64,000 bases of DNA from Nitrospinota bacterium (GTDB lineage: Bacteria; Nitrospinota_A; UBA7883; JACRLM01), in assembly GCA_016235255.1 (NCBI GenBank), contig JACRLM010000074.1:1435-65434 (forward strand), written 5' to 3'. The notes under the pieces were generated by a model. The model searched no databases. It saw only the letters and a program-made list of their open reading frames with translations, and had not been told where the DNA came from. A program made the translations under genes and the position numbers. Each line of letters opens with the position of its first letter. The first letter of the stretch is position 1. Below are positions 9,352-18,153 of this stretch, piece after piece.

Positions 9352-9729
9352 AATTCTTTGCCTCATTTTGTTGTTGAACAGCGCAATGCTCTCGCTTTTT
9401 CCAAGGCTCCGCTCCTCTTTTCCCAAGCCATGAAAAGCCATTTGAGAATTGCCATTCATTATTTTTCCGTTAATTTTTCAAGTCAAGGAGTAAATTGAAT
9501 TTAACGAATTATATTAATATCATAGACAATAGTGTATTTGATTATCCACTATTCTGGATTGACCGCCAAAGGTGATTTCCAAAGGTTTCAGTATGTTACA
9601 ATGCGTGACATCTTGCGAGTTTTAAAACAAAATTTCAGGAAAAATTTGGAATAGTGATTAAATTAGGATATAATTAACTACAAACTAATTGTCAATAACA
9701 GCTAAAAACTTCCCTCCAAGGCAAATAGA

Positions 9730-10824
9730 ATGGATGAAAAAGCGCTGAAAGCGCTGTTCCAGAAGTATTCGAGGAAGCGCATATCCATAGTCATGGACGC
9801 CCGGAATGATCGCAAACAGATCAAAGGTGTCCTTCGGGAAGACGGATTGGCGGATATCCTTGAATTCGACCATTGCGACGAGGCGTGGGAAAAGCTCAAG
9901 CTGGCAACCACCAGCGTTCTGGTTTTTTCGGTGGAGCGCGCCGAGGGGATGGAGTTTCTGCGCAGGCTTATAGACTCCACCAGATTCAAGACCGCCCCCA
10001 TGGTGGTGTTCACGAACAAGGTCAAGGAGCATCCCAAACATTTCACCACCGCCGACGCCATAATCCAATGGGCTGAGACTCCGGTGAACGGATTCAAGGT
10101 GGAGCAGGCGCTCATTTCCCTGTTCCAGAGGGGGGTGGCGGGCAAAAGCAAGGTGCTCGACGAGTCCAAGTCGCTGGAGTATTACCAGCGGGGGGTGGAC
10201 GCGCTGGAGGACGAGAGGTATGAGGAGGCGAAGGAGTTTTTCCGGCAGGCGATAAAAGAGAGCCCGGACTTCTTCGAGGCGTACGTGAAAATGGCCGAGA
10301 CACTTATCGCCCTTGGAGATTACGAGGCGGCCTTGCGGGTGATCTCAAAAGCCGAGACTTTGATGCCAGACCATCCAAAGACCCTTTATCTCAAGGCGAT
10401 GATAGCGTGTGAAACGCTTCCGAAGGAAAAGGCGTTAAAGGTGCTGGAGCTGGCCGTCAGTAAAAAACAGACCGATTTGATGTTCGTGATAGACATCGGC
10501 AACCTGGCGCTGAAAAAGGGGTGGGTGGACGAGTCGCTGACATTCTTTGAGACCGCCCAGAACATAGACCCGGAGCTTATCCACGTCTATAACCGGATGG
10601 GCATAGCCCAGTCCCGCGCCGGAAGGTATGACAAGGCGCTGGAAATGTACGAGCGAGCGCTGAACATAGACGAGGCGGACGCAGGGGTCCACTTTAACAT
10701 CGGCATGATGTGGAACAGGAAAGGGGAGGGCAAAAAGGCGCTGGACAGCTTCAAGAAAGCCGCCCAGATAGACCCGCACATGCAGGAGTCCCGGGACATG
10801 ATCGCCAAGCTGGAGAGCGTCTAG
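9730..10824 (+). CDS. pseudo-receiver (REC-like) domain protein fused to TPR repeats
   Basis: The N-terminal ~125 aa align to CheY-type receivers, but the phospho-acceptor position reads VLVFSVE (Ser instead of Asp). The C-terminal part has several 34-aa TPR-like repeats (AYVKMAETLIALGDYEAAL, YNRMGIAQSRAGRYDKALEMYERAL). Confidence 0.7.
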   Translation: MDEKALKALFQKYSRKRISIVMDARNDRKQIKGVLREDGLADILEFDHCDEAWEKLKLATTSVLVFSVERAEGMEFLRRLIDSTRFKTAPMVVFTNKVKEHPKHFTTADAIIQWAETPVNGFKVEQALISLFQRGVAGKSKVLDESKSLEYYQRGVDALEDERYEEAKEFFRQAIKESPDFFEAYVKMAETLIALGDYEAALRVISKAETLMPDHPKTLYLKAMIACETLPKEKALKVLELAVSKKQTDLMFVIDIGNLALKKGWVDESLTFFETAQNIDPELIHVYNRMGIAQSRAGRYDKALEMYERALNIDEADAGVHFNIGMMWNRKGEGKKALDSFKKAAQIDPHMQESRDMIAKLESV

Positions 10825-11369
10825 CCGCTTTTGCGCCTGCGCCCCGCGTTGATAGTTGAAACGGCGAATATCCCTCCGAACACGAACAGCTCCACAATCA
10901 TCGCCCACAGGCTGCCCATGGAAAATACATTCGCCCTGTCCGCCGCTGGTAGTATGGGGATGATGTGATATTCGCCGCTAAACGGCCATAGCGCCGGAAC
11001 GCCGATCCCGTTGGCGGCGTACCCGTCCACCCCGAACAAGTCGGCCAGGACGTGGCTTCCAACCAGCGCAAATGTCAGCAGGCCGATCTTTGGCCAGCCG
11101 TCATGCTTTGCCAATTTCGCCCAAAGCCCGGCTAGCGACGCGGCGAAGAGCGCGAATCCTATCGAATGGGTGATCCCGTGGTGGCAGGCTCCGGTAAGCG
11201 TCAGGCCATTGCCGTCCCAGTGGACAAAATCGATGTCCGGCAGGCAGGCCGCCGCCACGCAGAATACCGCCAGCTTTAGTCCGTGTTTTGTGAACGCCGG
11301 CTTTTTCACGCCATACGCCGCGGCCATAATGGAAAGGCCGAGGAGCGAATGGCCGATGGGGGTTGGCAT
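10821..11369 (-). CDS. membrane-bound metal-dependent hydrolase, DUF457/YdjM family
   Basis: 182 aa, 4-5 TM segments, with LPDIDFVH and HHGITHS His/Asp motifs. Confidence 0.6.
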   Translation of the reverse strand: MPTPIGHSLLGLSIMAAAYGVKKPAFTKHGLKLAVFCVAAACLPDIDFVHWDGNGLTLTGACHHGITHSIGFALFAASLAGLWAKLAKHDGWPKIGLLTFALVGSHVLADLFGVDGYAANGIGVPALWPFSGEYHIIPILPAADRANVFSMGSLWAMIVELFVFGGIFAVSTINAGRRRKSG

Positions 11370-11441
11370 TGGGTGTTTATTAAACTTTGGAAAGTGAACG
11401 GACCGCTCCCCGGTCTGGCAGGGAGCGGCCGCGCCGCTAAA

Positions 11442-12044
11442 CTATTTCGGGGCCGGGGGCGCCCAGCCTTTGGGCGTCCCCTCAATGTCCAGTATGATTT
11501 TTACCTCGTCATCCACCACAAGCCCACCGGTGTCCAGCAGCTTGTGGAAGTTTACACCGAAGTCCTTGCGGTTGATTTTGCCTTCCGCGTGAAAGCCCAC
11601 CCGCGTCTCCCCCATCATCCCCTTGATTGGGCCGGACATCTCGCCGGTGAGGGTCACAGGTTTTGTGACGTTCTTGATGGTCAGGTCGCCGGTGACGGTG
11701 AGCTTGCCCCCGCCGATGGACACCTTTTTGGACTGGAACTTTATCTCAGGGTACATCTGCGCGTCGAAAAAGTCCGGGCTTTTCAGGTGCGCGTCCCGCT
11801 TTTCCTCGCGGGTGTTCACGCTGGCGGTTTCCACGGTGGCTTCCGCCTTTACCAGCCGGTTTTTTCCGTCCAGGTCTAAAGAGCCGCCAAACTTCATGAA
11901 CTCCCCCTGCACGGAACTTATCACCATGTGCTTCACCGCAAAGCCTATGCGGGTGTGCGCCGTGTCCACGGTGAAAGTTTCGGCGTTTGCCAGGGACACA
12001 AGGGAAAAGAACAGCGCCGCGGAAAAGATTATCCTGCGAGTCAT
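11442..12044 (-). CDS. yceI: YceI-family periplasmic polyisoprenoid-binding protein
   Basis: Signal peptide MTRRIIFSAALFFSLVSLANA from the ATG at 12044 (GGAGG 5 nt upstream); FTVDTAHTRIGFAVKHMVISSVQGEF is a typical YceI start. Confidence 0.8.
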   Translation of the reverse strand: MTRRIIFSAALFFSLVSLANAETFTVDTAHTRIGFAVKHMVISSVQGEFMKFGGSLDLDGKNRLVKAEATVETASVNTREEKRDAHLKSPDFFDAQMYPEIKFQSKKVSIGGGKLTVTGDLTIKNVTKPVTLTGEMSGPIKGMMGETRVGFHAEGKINRKDFGVNFHKLLDTGGLVVDDEVKIILDIEGTPKGWAPPAPK

Positions 12045-12074
12045 AGTCACCTCCAATTCGAAAGCTGTTGGCTG

Positions 12075-12311
12075 TTAAAGGCTTTTATGGACGCCGTCGC
12101 AAAACGGCGGGTTCTTGGTATGTTTGCACATGCATAGCGCCGATTTTTTCTTTTCCGCCACGTTGAATTTCATGGGAGCCATGCCAATGGCCTTGTGCGC
12201 CCCGTCGCAGAAAGGCTGCTTGGCGGAATGGCCGCAGGCGCACCACCAGTAGTCCCCCGGCTCAAGCTCCATGACCACCGGTTTTTTGTCCGCTATTTTA
12301 GGATCGCTCAT
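12075..12311 (-). CDS. CDGSH iron-sulfur domain protein (two CDGSH motifs)
   Basis: CACGHSAKQPFCDGAHK and CMCKHTKNPPFCDGVHK. Confidence 0.85.
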   Translation of the reverse strand: MSDPKIADKKPVVMELEPGDYWWCACGHSAKQPFCDGAHKAIGMAPMKFNVAEKKKSALCMCKHTKNPPFCDGVHKSL

Positions 12312-12355
12312 TTTATTCTCCCCCGCAAATGAATGGCGTTGATTGTCTTTACATA

Positions 12356-13123
12356 TTACATGACCGCAGTCAAATAGGCTTCCGTAATGATATCCCCCAA
12401 TAATAGCGAGACGAGGGCTCCCAGCGCAAGGAAGGGGCCGAATGGAATCCGGTCTTTCCTCCCCTTGCCAAGGAAGATGATGGCTCCGACGCCGGTGACG
12501 GCGCCAGCCGCCGAGCCGAGGATTATGGTCAGCAACGCCAGTTTCCAGCCAAGGAAGGCGCCGATGGCCGCCATCAGTTTTATGTCGCCCCCCCCCATCC
12601 CGCCGGGGTATAAAGCGGCCACGGTGAAAAAGAGACCGCCGCCGACAAGCGCGCCGGCCAGCGACCCGGTGAGGCCGAGGGGAAGAAAGAAGGAAGCAGC
12701 AAGCCCCAAAACCAAACCTCCGACGCTAAGCTCGTCGGGTATTATCTGAAAATCAAGATCAATGAAAGTTATCGCGACAAGTCCCCACGCCATCGTCAGG
12801 TATAAAAGAGTGTGGATGTGCAATCCATAGCGTTGGACGACGGCCATGGTGAGAATGGCCGTGAAAAGCTCCACAAACATGTAGCGGGGGGGAATAATGG
12901 CGCCGCAGTCCCGGCAAAGCCCGCGCAGGACAAACCAGCTTATAACAGGTATATTGTCAAACCACCGCACAGGCGAGCCGCACTCCGGGCAACGGCTTGC
13001 GGGACGCACCACGGAAAGATTCATCGGCAGGCGGTATATCACCACGTTGAGAAAGCTCCCCACGCTGGCGCCGGCGATGAACACATACGCCCAAAAGAGC
13101 CACTCATTCACGTCACCGGTCAT
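12356..13123 (-). CDS. pilD: prepilin peptidase (A24 family)
   Basis: CPECGSPVRWFDNIPVISW...CRDCG zinc motif, GGGDIKL active-site Asp region, multiple TM segments. Confidence 0.85.
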   Translation of the reverse strand: MTGDVNEWLFWAYVFIAGASVGSFLNVVIYRLPMNLSVVRPASRCPECGSPVRWFDNIPVISWFVLRGLCRDCGAIIPPRYMFVELFTAILTMAVVQRYGLHIHTLLYLTMAWGLVAITFIDLDFQIIPDELSVGGLVLGLAASFFLPLGLTGSLAGALVGGGLFFTVAALYPGGMGGGDIKLMAAIGAFLGWKLALLTIILGSAAGAVTGVGAIIFLGKGRKDRIPFGPFLALGALVSLLLGDIITEAYLTAVM

Positions 13124-13617
13124 CTTCCGCCACCCGCCAGTTCTTTCCAGCCATTAAATACCACCCTGCGGGCAATTTCCATGGAGAAGCCGCGCCGGAC
13201 AAGGTGGTCGAACACCTTGCGTCTGGCCGAACCGGCCTCCACCTTTTTCGCGATTGTCCTGAATTTTTTCATCGCCGCCTTTTGCGCCACCTGAAACTGG
13301 TCTTCCGGCCCGCCGAAAATACCGGCCACCACGGAGTTTACCAGATCGCCCGCAAAACCTTTGCGGGAAAGTTCGGCGGCAAGCTTCGCTGGGCCGATTT
13401 TCATCCGCTCCACCCGGGCGGAGGCGTATGCTTTGCAATATTTGGCGTCGTCCAGATAGCCGAGGTTCTGGAGCTTTTGGACTGTCGCGGCGATTTCGTC
13501 TTTTTCATAGCCTTTGCGTTCGAGCTTGGCATTTATTTCATGGACGCAATGGGCGCGGCGGCCAAGAAGCTTGAAAGCGAAAGTAATGCAGGATAGGGAT
13601 GAAGGTTTGCCCCGCAT
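13120..13617 (-). CDS. recX: RecA regulator RecX
   Basis: 165 aa of three-repeat helical protein (ELERKGYEKDEI, VQKLQNLGYLDDAKY) immediately downstream of recA. Confidence 0.8.
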   Translation of the reverse strand: MRGKPSSLSCITFAFKLLGRRAHCVHEINAKLERKGYEKDEIAATVQKLQNLGYLDDAKYCKAYASARVERMKIGPAKLAAELSRKGFAGDLVNSVVAGIFGGPEDQFQVAQKAAMKKFRTIAKKVEAGSARRKVFDHLVRRGFSMEIARRVVFNGWKELAGGGR

Positions 13618-13704
13618 AAAGTTCCATTAGAATAAGGGATACTTTCCACTCATGGAGGGGAGGGAAAGTTAATCTACAGAAATCTAATAAAAAGATGCAT
13701 TAAG

Positions 13705-13736
13705 AAAATAAAATATAAAAAGGACCACACGGCCCT
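13705..13736 (-). terminator. candidate Rho-independent terminator downstream of recA
   Basis: Minus strand AGGGCC-GUGU-GGUCCU followed by UUUUAUAUUUUAUUUUC. Confidence 0.5.
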
Positions 13737-13942
13737 CTTTAACGAAGGCGCTTCGGTCCGCGCCGCTTTTTGGAGGCGCCCCGGGCGCGGAGGAGTGAGC
13801 CGTACAGATTTGATCTGCGTCCCATCTTGCGATACAGTCAATTCAACTTCTTTGACAAACATCGCCGAAAACCCATCCAACACAACTTCAATTTTATGCT
13901 GTGCCATGGTGCGCCTCCCCGGATGCTGATAGTGTCAAATGG

Positions 13943-14983
13943 TCATTTTTCCTCGGCCGCCGCCGCCACCCTGTGCCTTTCCAGAATCGGCAACCCGAGC
14001 TTTTCGCGCAGTTTGTTTTCCAGTTCCCCGGCGGTTTCCGGATAGTCGCGGAAGAATTTCTTCGAGTTCTCGCGTCCCTGCCCGATCCGCTCTTCATTAT
14101 AAGAGAACCACGCGCCCGACTTCTGGACCATCCCGTGCAGCACGCCCAGGTCCACAAGGTCACCCTCGCGGGAAATCCCTTCGCCGAACACCATGTCCAC
14201 CTCCGCTTCGCGGAACGGCGGGGCCACCTTGTTTTTCACCACTTTAACCTTCACCCGGTTGCCGATAGGTTCGTTCGCCTCCTTAATGGTGGCGATGCGG
14301 CGGATGTCTATCCGGACGGAGGCATAGAATTTCAATGCGTTGCCGCCTGTCGTTGTCTCCGGATTGCCGAACATTACACCGATTTTCTGGCGTATCTGGT
14401 TGATAAATATAAGGCAAGTCTTCGATTTGGATATTATGGCGGTCAACTTGCGCAAAGCCTGGCTCATCAGCCGCGCCTGGAGCCCCATCTGCGGGTCTCC
14501 CATTTCCCCTTCAAGCTCCGATTTGGGGACCAAGGCAGCCACCGAGTCTATGACGATAACGTCCACCGCGCCGGAACGGATGAGCGTTTCGGCGATTTCC
14601 AGCGCCTGTTCGCCAGTGTCCGGCTGTGAAATCAACAGGTTATCGATGTCCACTCCCACGTTACGGGCATATGTGGGGTCGAAAGCGTGCTCTGCGTCTA
14701 TAAAAGCGGCGTTGCCGCCGTTGCGTTGGGCCTCGGCGATGACATGCAGGGTCAACGTGGTCTTGCCCGAAGATTCCGGGCCATAAATCTCCACCACCCG
14801 CCCACGGGGGAGGCCTCCGATGCCGAGGGCGTAATCCACGGAGAGCGAGCCGGTGGAAATGGCCTCAATCGGCTCGGAATGGCCGTCACCCAGGCGCATC
14901 ACGGCGCCTTTGCCGAACTGTTTTTCGATTTGGGACAGGGCGTTTTGCAGAGCTTTTTGTTTTTCCCCGGATTCCTTGGCCAT
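13943..14983 (-). CDS. recA: recombinase RecA
   Basis: [10 protein letters not shown] Walker [35 protein letters not shown]; 346 aa. Confidence 0.97.
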   Translation of the reverse strand: MAKESGEKQKALQNALSQIEKQFGKGAVMRLGDGHSEPIEAISTGSLSVDYALGIGGLPRGRVVEIYGPESSGKTTLTLHVIAEAQRNGGNAAFIDAEHAFDPTYARNVGVDIDNLLISQPDTGEQALEIAETLIRSGAVDVIVIDSVAALVPKSELEGEMGDPQMGLQARLMSQALRKLTAIISKSKTCLIFINQIRQKIGVMFGNPETTTGGNALKFYASVRIDIRRIATIKEANEPIGNRVKVKVVKNKVAPPFREAEVDMVFGEGISREGDLVDLGVLHGMVQKSGAWFSYNEERIGQGRENSKKFFRDYPETAGELENKLREKLGLPILERHRVAAAAEEK

Positions 14984-15021
14984 TGTTTTAATCCTTATCG
15001 TAAGGTTTCAATCATGGGCTC

Positions 15022-15049
15022 ATTATACCCATGCGGAGTCAAATGTAAA
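15022..15049 (-). promoter_or_regulatory. candidate sigma70 promoter of recA
   Basis: Minus strand TTTACA, 16 nt, TATAAT. A CCTTA-CGA-TAAGG palindrome lies in the leader at 14993-15005. Confidence 0.4.
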
Positions 15050-15203
15050 CGAAAAAAATACGAAAATGCAAAATTTCTTTTTTTGCGGTTAAAAACTAAG
15101 CCTTGGCGGGGGTGACATTGCTGGAAACGGTTTATCGCTCGTCCTTTATGCGTAACACAAGGGATCCGGGGTGACCGCCCTTGCGGGCTACAACACCCCG
15201 GAC

Positions 15204-15245
15204 TAAGGCGGCATGTCCAAAACCGAGGGCGAAAATCGGGATAAC
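15204..15245 (+). repeat. left terminal inverted repeat of the prophage
   Basis: TAAGGCGGCATGTCCAAAACCGAGGGCGAAAATCGGGATAAC. Positions 11-15 (TGTCC), 17-19 (AAA) and 30-42 (AAATCGGGATAAC) are identical to the reverse complement of the right end at the same offsets. Confidence 0.75.
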
Positions 15246-15260
15246 TCACTTATCTCAATT

Positions 15261-15285
15261 TTCCACCTGATGGAATTTTATTCCA
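15261..15285. repeat. sub-terminal TTCCA-CCTGA-TGGAAT palindrome plus an extra TTCCA half-site (left end)
   Basis: TTCCACCTGATGGAATTTTATTCCA. The same 16-mer plus half-site recurs in direct orientation near the right end. Confidence 0.8.
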
Positions 15286-15330
15286 CAAGAATCATGCCAC
15301 GAGACGCGGGCGCGGACAAGGGCGCGACTC

Positions 15331-16101
15331 TTACCAGTTGTGGATTATAAGCTCCCGTCGGGCCGCCGCCAGGCCTTTGTACGATCCTACGGTATAGTTG
15401 ATCGGCACGGATTTCATCGCCAGCCCCTCGAAGGCCGTCCGCATCTCCGGCATATCGCTCACGCTGATCACGCATTTCCCCTGTATCCTTTTTGCCGAGT
15501 CCGCCAGCGCCCGGTAATCATCAAGTGTCAGGTTCATCCCGTAAAAACCCTTGTCCACCTTATAGTACGGCGGGTCCATATAGAAAAGTGTGTGCGGCCG
15601 GTCATATTTCTCCACGCACGTTTTCCAGTCAAGGTTTTCGACCGTGCCCCTGGCCAGCCGCAAATGAGCCTGGCTAAGTTCCTCCTCGATCCGCAACAGA
15701 TTGAGTTTTGACGGTGAGGTGGTTGAATAGCCGAAATTCTGTTTCCCCACCTTCCCGCCGAAGCTGGTCTTCTGCAGATAGTAAAACCGCGCTGCCCGTT
15801 GGATGTCCGTCAGTGTCTCCGGCTTCGACATTTTGAGCCAGTCATACATCGTCCGGCTCACCAGCGCCCATTTGAACTGCTTGCAGAATTCCTCCAGATG
15901 GTGCTGCACCACGCGATACAGGTTGACGAGTTCCTTGTTGATATCGTTGAGCACCTCCACCTTCGCAGGCTCTTTTAAAAAGAAAAGCGCGCCAGCCCCA
16001 GCGAAAACTTCTACATAGCATTTATGGTTGGGATAGATTGGGAGGATGCGATTAGCGAGGCGGGCTTTGCCGCCCACCCACGCGAAAAACGGTTTTGCCA
16101 T
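15331..16101 (-). CDS. dam: N6-adenine DNA methyltransferase, Dam/D12 class
   Basis: FAWVGGKARL N-terminal motif and FYMDPPYY catalytic DPPY motif. Start taken at the ATG at 16101 (MAKPFFAWVGGK). Confidence 0.85.
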   Translation of the reverse strand: MAKPFFAWVGGKARLANRILPIYPNHKCYVEVFAGAGALFFLKEPAKVEVLNDINKELVNLYRVVQHHLEEFCKQFKWALVSRTMYDWLKMSKPETLTDIQRAARFYYLQKTSFGGKVGKQNFGYSTTSPSKLNLLRIEEELSQAHLRLARGTVENLDWKTCVEKYDRPHTLFYMDPPYYKVDKGFYGMNLTLDDYRALADSAKRIQGKCVISVSDMPEMRTAFEGLAMKSVPINYTVGSYKGLAAARRELIIHNW

Positions 16102-16228
16102 GATAACGGGCTCCGATTCAGGGGGTTGATATGGTAGGCTTATATCGCTTTTGTCTGCCTGATCCGTGGTGTCCGTTATCACGGGTTGGGTTGCCTGTGG
16201 CCGCGTTACCGCGCGGTCACAGGCGCTT

Positions 16229-17236
16229 TTACGACCATAGTTTGTGTGTGTCCACCTCCGGGATGTCCGGACGGAATTTCAGCCCCGTCCGGTGTTCGAT
16301 CCCGGCCAAGGTACATATATATGACTCCAGCGGCTTGAACCGGCTCCGGTTGGGGATCACCAGCGCCAGGGTTTCGTTCTGGCCGGGGGCATATATCACT
16401 TTGAAAAACGCGAACGGCACAGCCACCCGGCTTTTGCCGATGTGCTTTGGCCGATGCCCATAAATTGGCCCGGTTATCACATAAAGTTCGCTCCGGCTGG
16501 CCGCCCACCCCCGCACAGTTCCTTCCAGTTCCGCCCACAATTTGCGGTTGAGGTTCGGGCGTTGAGGAGCCATGTTGCTCATGTAGAAGCTTTCCACCAT
16601 TGCCTTTTTGCTCCAGTGAAAATCAGCGGAGGGGGCCTGGTGCCCGCGATCATACCGGCTCCGCGTGTAATCGGCCGGCGTCGCCCGTCTCCCCGGCGCA
16701 AGGTCCGGATCGGTGATGAATGTGTTGGTGCGCGGGTATCTGTCCGACATGATGTGCTCCGCCGTCAAATGCTCCGCCACCCAGTCCGGCGTTTTGCGAT
16801 CCGGATTGTGCATGGCGAAATAGCCCGTCCGGCAAAGCGCGTCGCCGTTCTTGCTCGGTGTCACCACCGCCAGGTGTTCGGCGCAGTCCTCAAAAGCGTC
16901 CGCGTTGGCCATCACCGGGGCAAGCGTCCACATCACGGCGGATGCGGTGAACGCCACGATTAACAGATTGGCTTTGTCGCTCACGCTCCGTGTGTCCAGC
17001 GCGTGGCGCAACGTGCCCGCCGCGAAAAATCCAGCCACCGTTTCCAGATAAGCCGGAAGCGCCCCGGACAATAGATCGGTTGTTCCCACCGTTCCGTTTA
17101 TCCACGGCAGCAACTGACTGTTGAGAAACGCCGCTGTGGTGACGCAGATGCCAGCGGCGGCGGTGATATAGGTTTTGTACCCGGCGGCCCACCCGCGGAG
17201 TTCGAAGATGAACTTGGCCACTTTTATAATATTCAT
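16229..17236 (-). CDS. DNA/RNA non-specific endonuclease (NucA/Serratia beta-beta-alpha-Me family) with ~110-aa N-terminal multi-TM region
   Basis: RYDRGHQAPSADF (DRGH active site) and SNMAPQRPNLNRKLWAELE (Mg-binding Asn region). The N-terminus has three hydrophobic segments ending in LAPVMANA. Confidence 0.8.
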   Translation of the reverse strand: MNIIKVAKFIFELRGWAAGYKTYITAAAGICVTTAAFLNSQLLPWINGTVGTTDLLSGALPAYLETVAGFFAAGTLRHALDTRSVSDKANLLIVAFTASAVMWTLAPVMANADAFEDCAEHLAVVTPSKNGDALCRTGYFAMHNPDRKTPDWVAEHLTAEHIMSDRYPRTNTFITDPDLAPGRRATPADYTRSRYDRGHQAPSADFHWSKKAMVESFYMSNMAPQRPNLNRKLWAELEGTVRGWAASRSELYVITGPIYGHRPKHIGKSRVAVPFAFFKVIYAPGQNETLALVIPNRSRFKPLESYICTLAGIEHRTGLKFRPDIPEVDTHKLWS

Positions 17237-17345
17237 AGCCTGAAAAGTCTCCTCACAAAGGTTGTGATTTTTTTGAGCGGAAGGACAAGTGCAGGGGTGC
17301 GGACGGTCTCCGGCCGCGTGTCCCTGCGCGTGTCATCGTCCCCCA

Positions 17346-17627
17346 TTATTTTTTCTTCGTTGTGGCCGTGGCCGCTTCCCGCTTCCACTTCCCCCGGTTA
17401 TTCGCCGCCACCAGGTAGTTGATGCCCATCACCGCCAACGGTTTCACCGTCGTCCAGGGTATCTCCGGCGGGAATATCCCGGCGGTCATCGCGGCGGTTT
17501 CCAATATCGCCAGCGACGCGCCCTGTTTGTCCTGGGAGGTGGTCTTTTCGTCCGAAAGCTTTTCCACGTTGCCGATCACCTCGGGAATCAGCGGCAGTAA
17601 GGCCGCCAGTATGGCCAATGCGTTCAT
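17346..17627 (-). CDS. holin candidate
   Basis: 93 aa with hydrophobic segments and a Lys-rich C-terminus (GKWKREAATATTKKK), in the lysis cassette. Confidence 0.4.
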   Translation of the reverse strand: MNALAILAALLPLIPEVIGNVEKLSDEKTTSQDKQGASLAILETAAMTAGIFPPEIPWTTVKPLAVMGINYLVAANNRGKWKREAATATTKKK

Positions 17628-17673
17628 GTCGTTTTTCCTTTCTGGAATAATAATATGGTCTTTTCCTTCGTCC

Positions 17674-18153
17674 TTAAAATAAAGCCGTCGCCACCACCTC
17701 GTTGCTCTTCAACCCATATGCGGACACATAAAATCGGTGTTCGCCGATTTCCGCGAGTGGCTGATAAGAATATGAGCCGGTGGTGTTTGTCATATTGACT
17801 ATCCCCAGCAGGAAGAAGTCCGTCGCCGACGGGGGCTGCACCCATATCTCCACCGGCGCGTTTGCCCCCGCCACCAGCGCGGGATAGAACCATGTCAGCT
17901 CGATGGACGTGGTGAACGTGGTCGCCACGCCGGCATCCGTCACCGTCAACGTGGGGGCCGTGGCCGACAGTGTGATGGCGGTGGCCGATGATGTCCCCCC
18001 GCCGCCGGTGATATTCTGGGAGTCGCTGATGGGCGCGTTGGTGTGGCTGGAATTGTCCACCACCGGTCCGCAGGCGTGGATAATCAGGGCGGCGGCAATG
18101 GCGCAAAAGCCCGGCCCGATCATCGTAGTGGTGAACCTTGTCAGTTTTTTCAT
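17674..18153 (-). CDS. phage lipoprotein of unknown function (spanin-region)
   Basis: Signal peptide plus Cys (ALIIHAC), Thr/Ser-rich linker, beta-rich C-terminal domain. Confidence 0.4.
   Translation of the reverse strand: MKKLTRFTTTMIGPGFCAIAAALIIHACGPVVDNSSHTNAPISDSQNITGGGGTSSATAITLSATAPTLTVTDAGVATTFTTSIELTWFYPALVAGANAPVEIWVQPPSATDFFLLGIVNMTNTTGSYSYQPLAEIGEHRFYVSAYGLKSNEVVATALF

Noticed and set aside
13674-13907. 77-aa ORF between recA and recX
   Set aside because: Its C-terminal third is encoded by the U-rich tail and stem of the predicted recA terminator. The composition is AT-rich and low-complexity, and there is no SD. It is probably not a gene.
15090-15203. The structured GC-rich segment next to the prophage as a possible tRNA/tmRNA integration target
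   Set aside because: I could fold no cloverleaf or T-arm (GTTCRANYC). The hairpin belongs to the dispersed CCGGGGTG/CACCCCGG repeat family instead.
15261-15276. The 16-bp direct repeat TTCCACCTGATGGAAT (also at 54971-54986) read as attL/attR cores of an integrase-mediated insertion
   Set aside because: No tyrosine or serine recombinase is encoded. The element has a DDE transposase plus a MuB-like ATPase. Better-supported termini with in-register inverted repeats and a flanking duplication lie outside these repeats. The right copy is inside a phage ORF.
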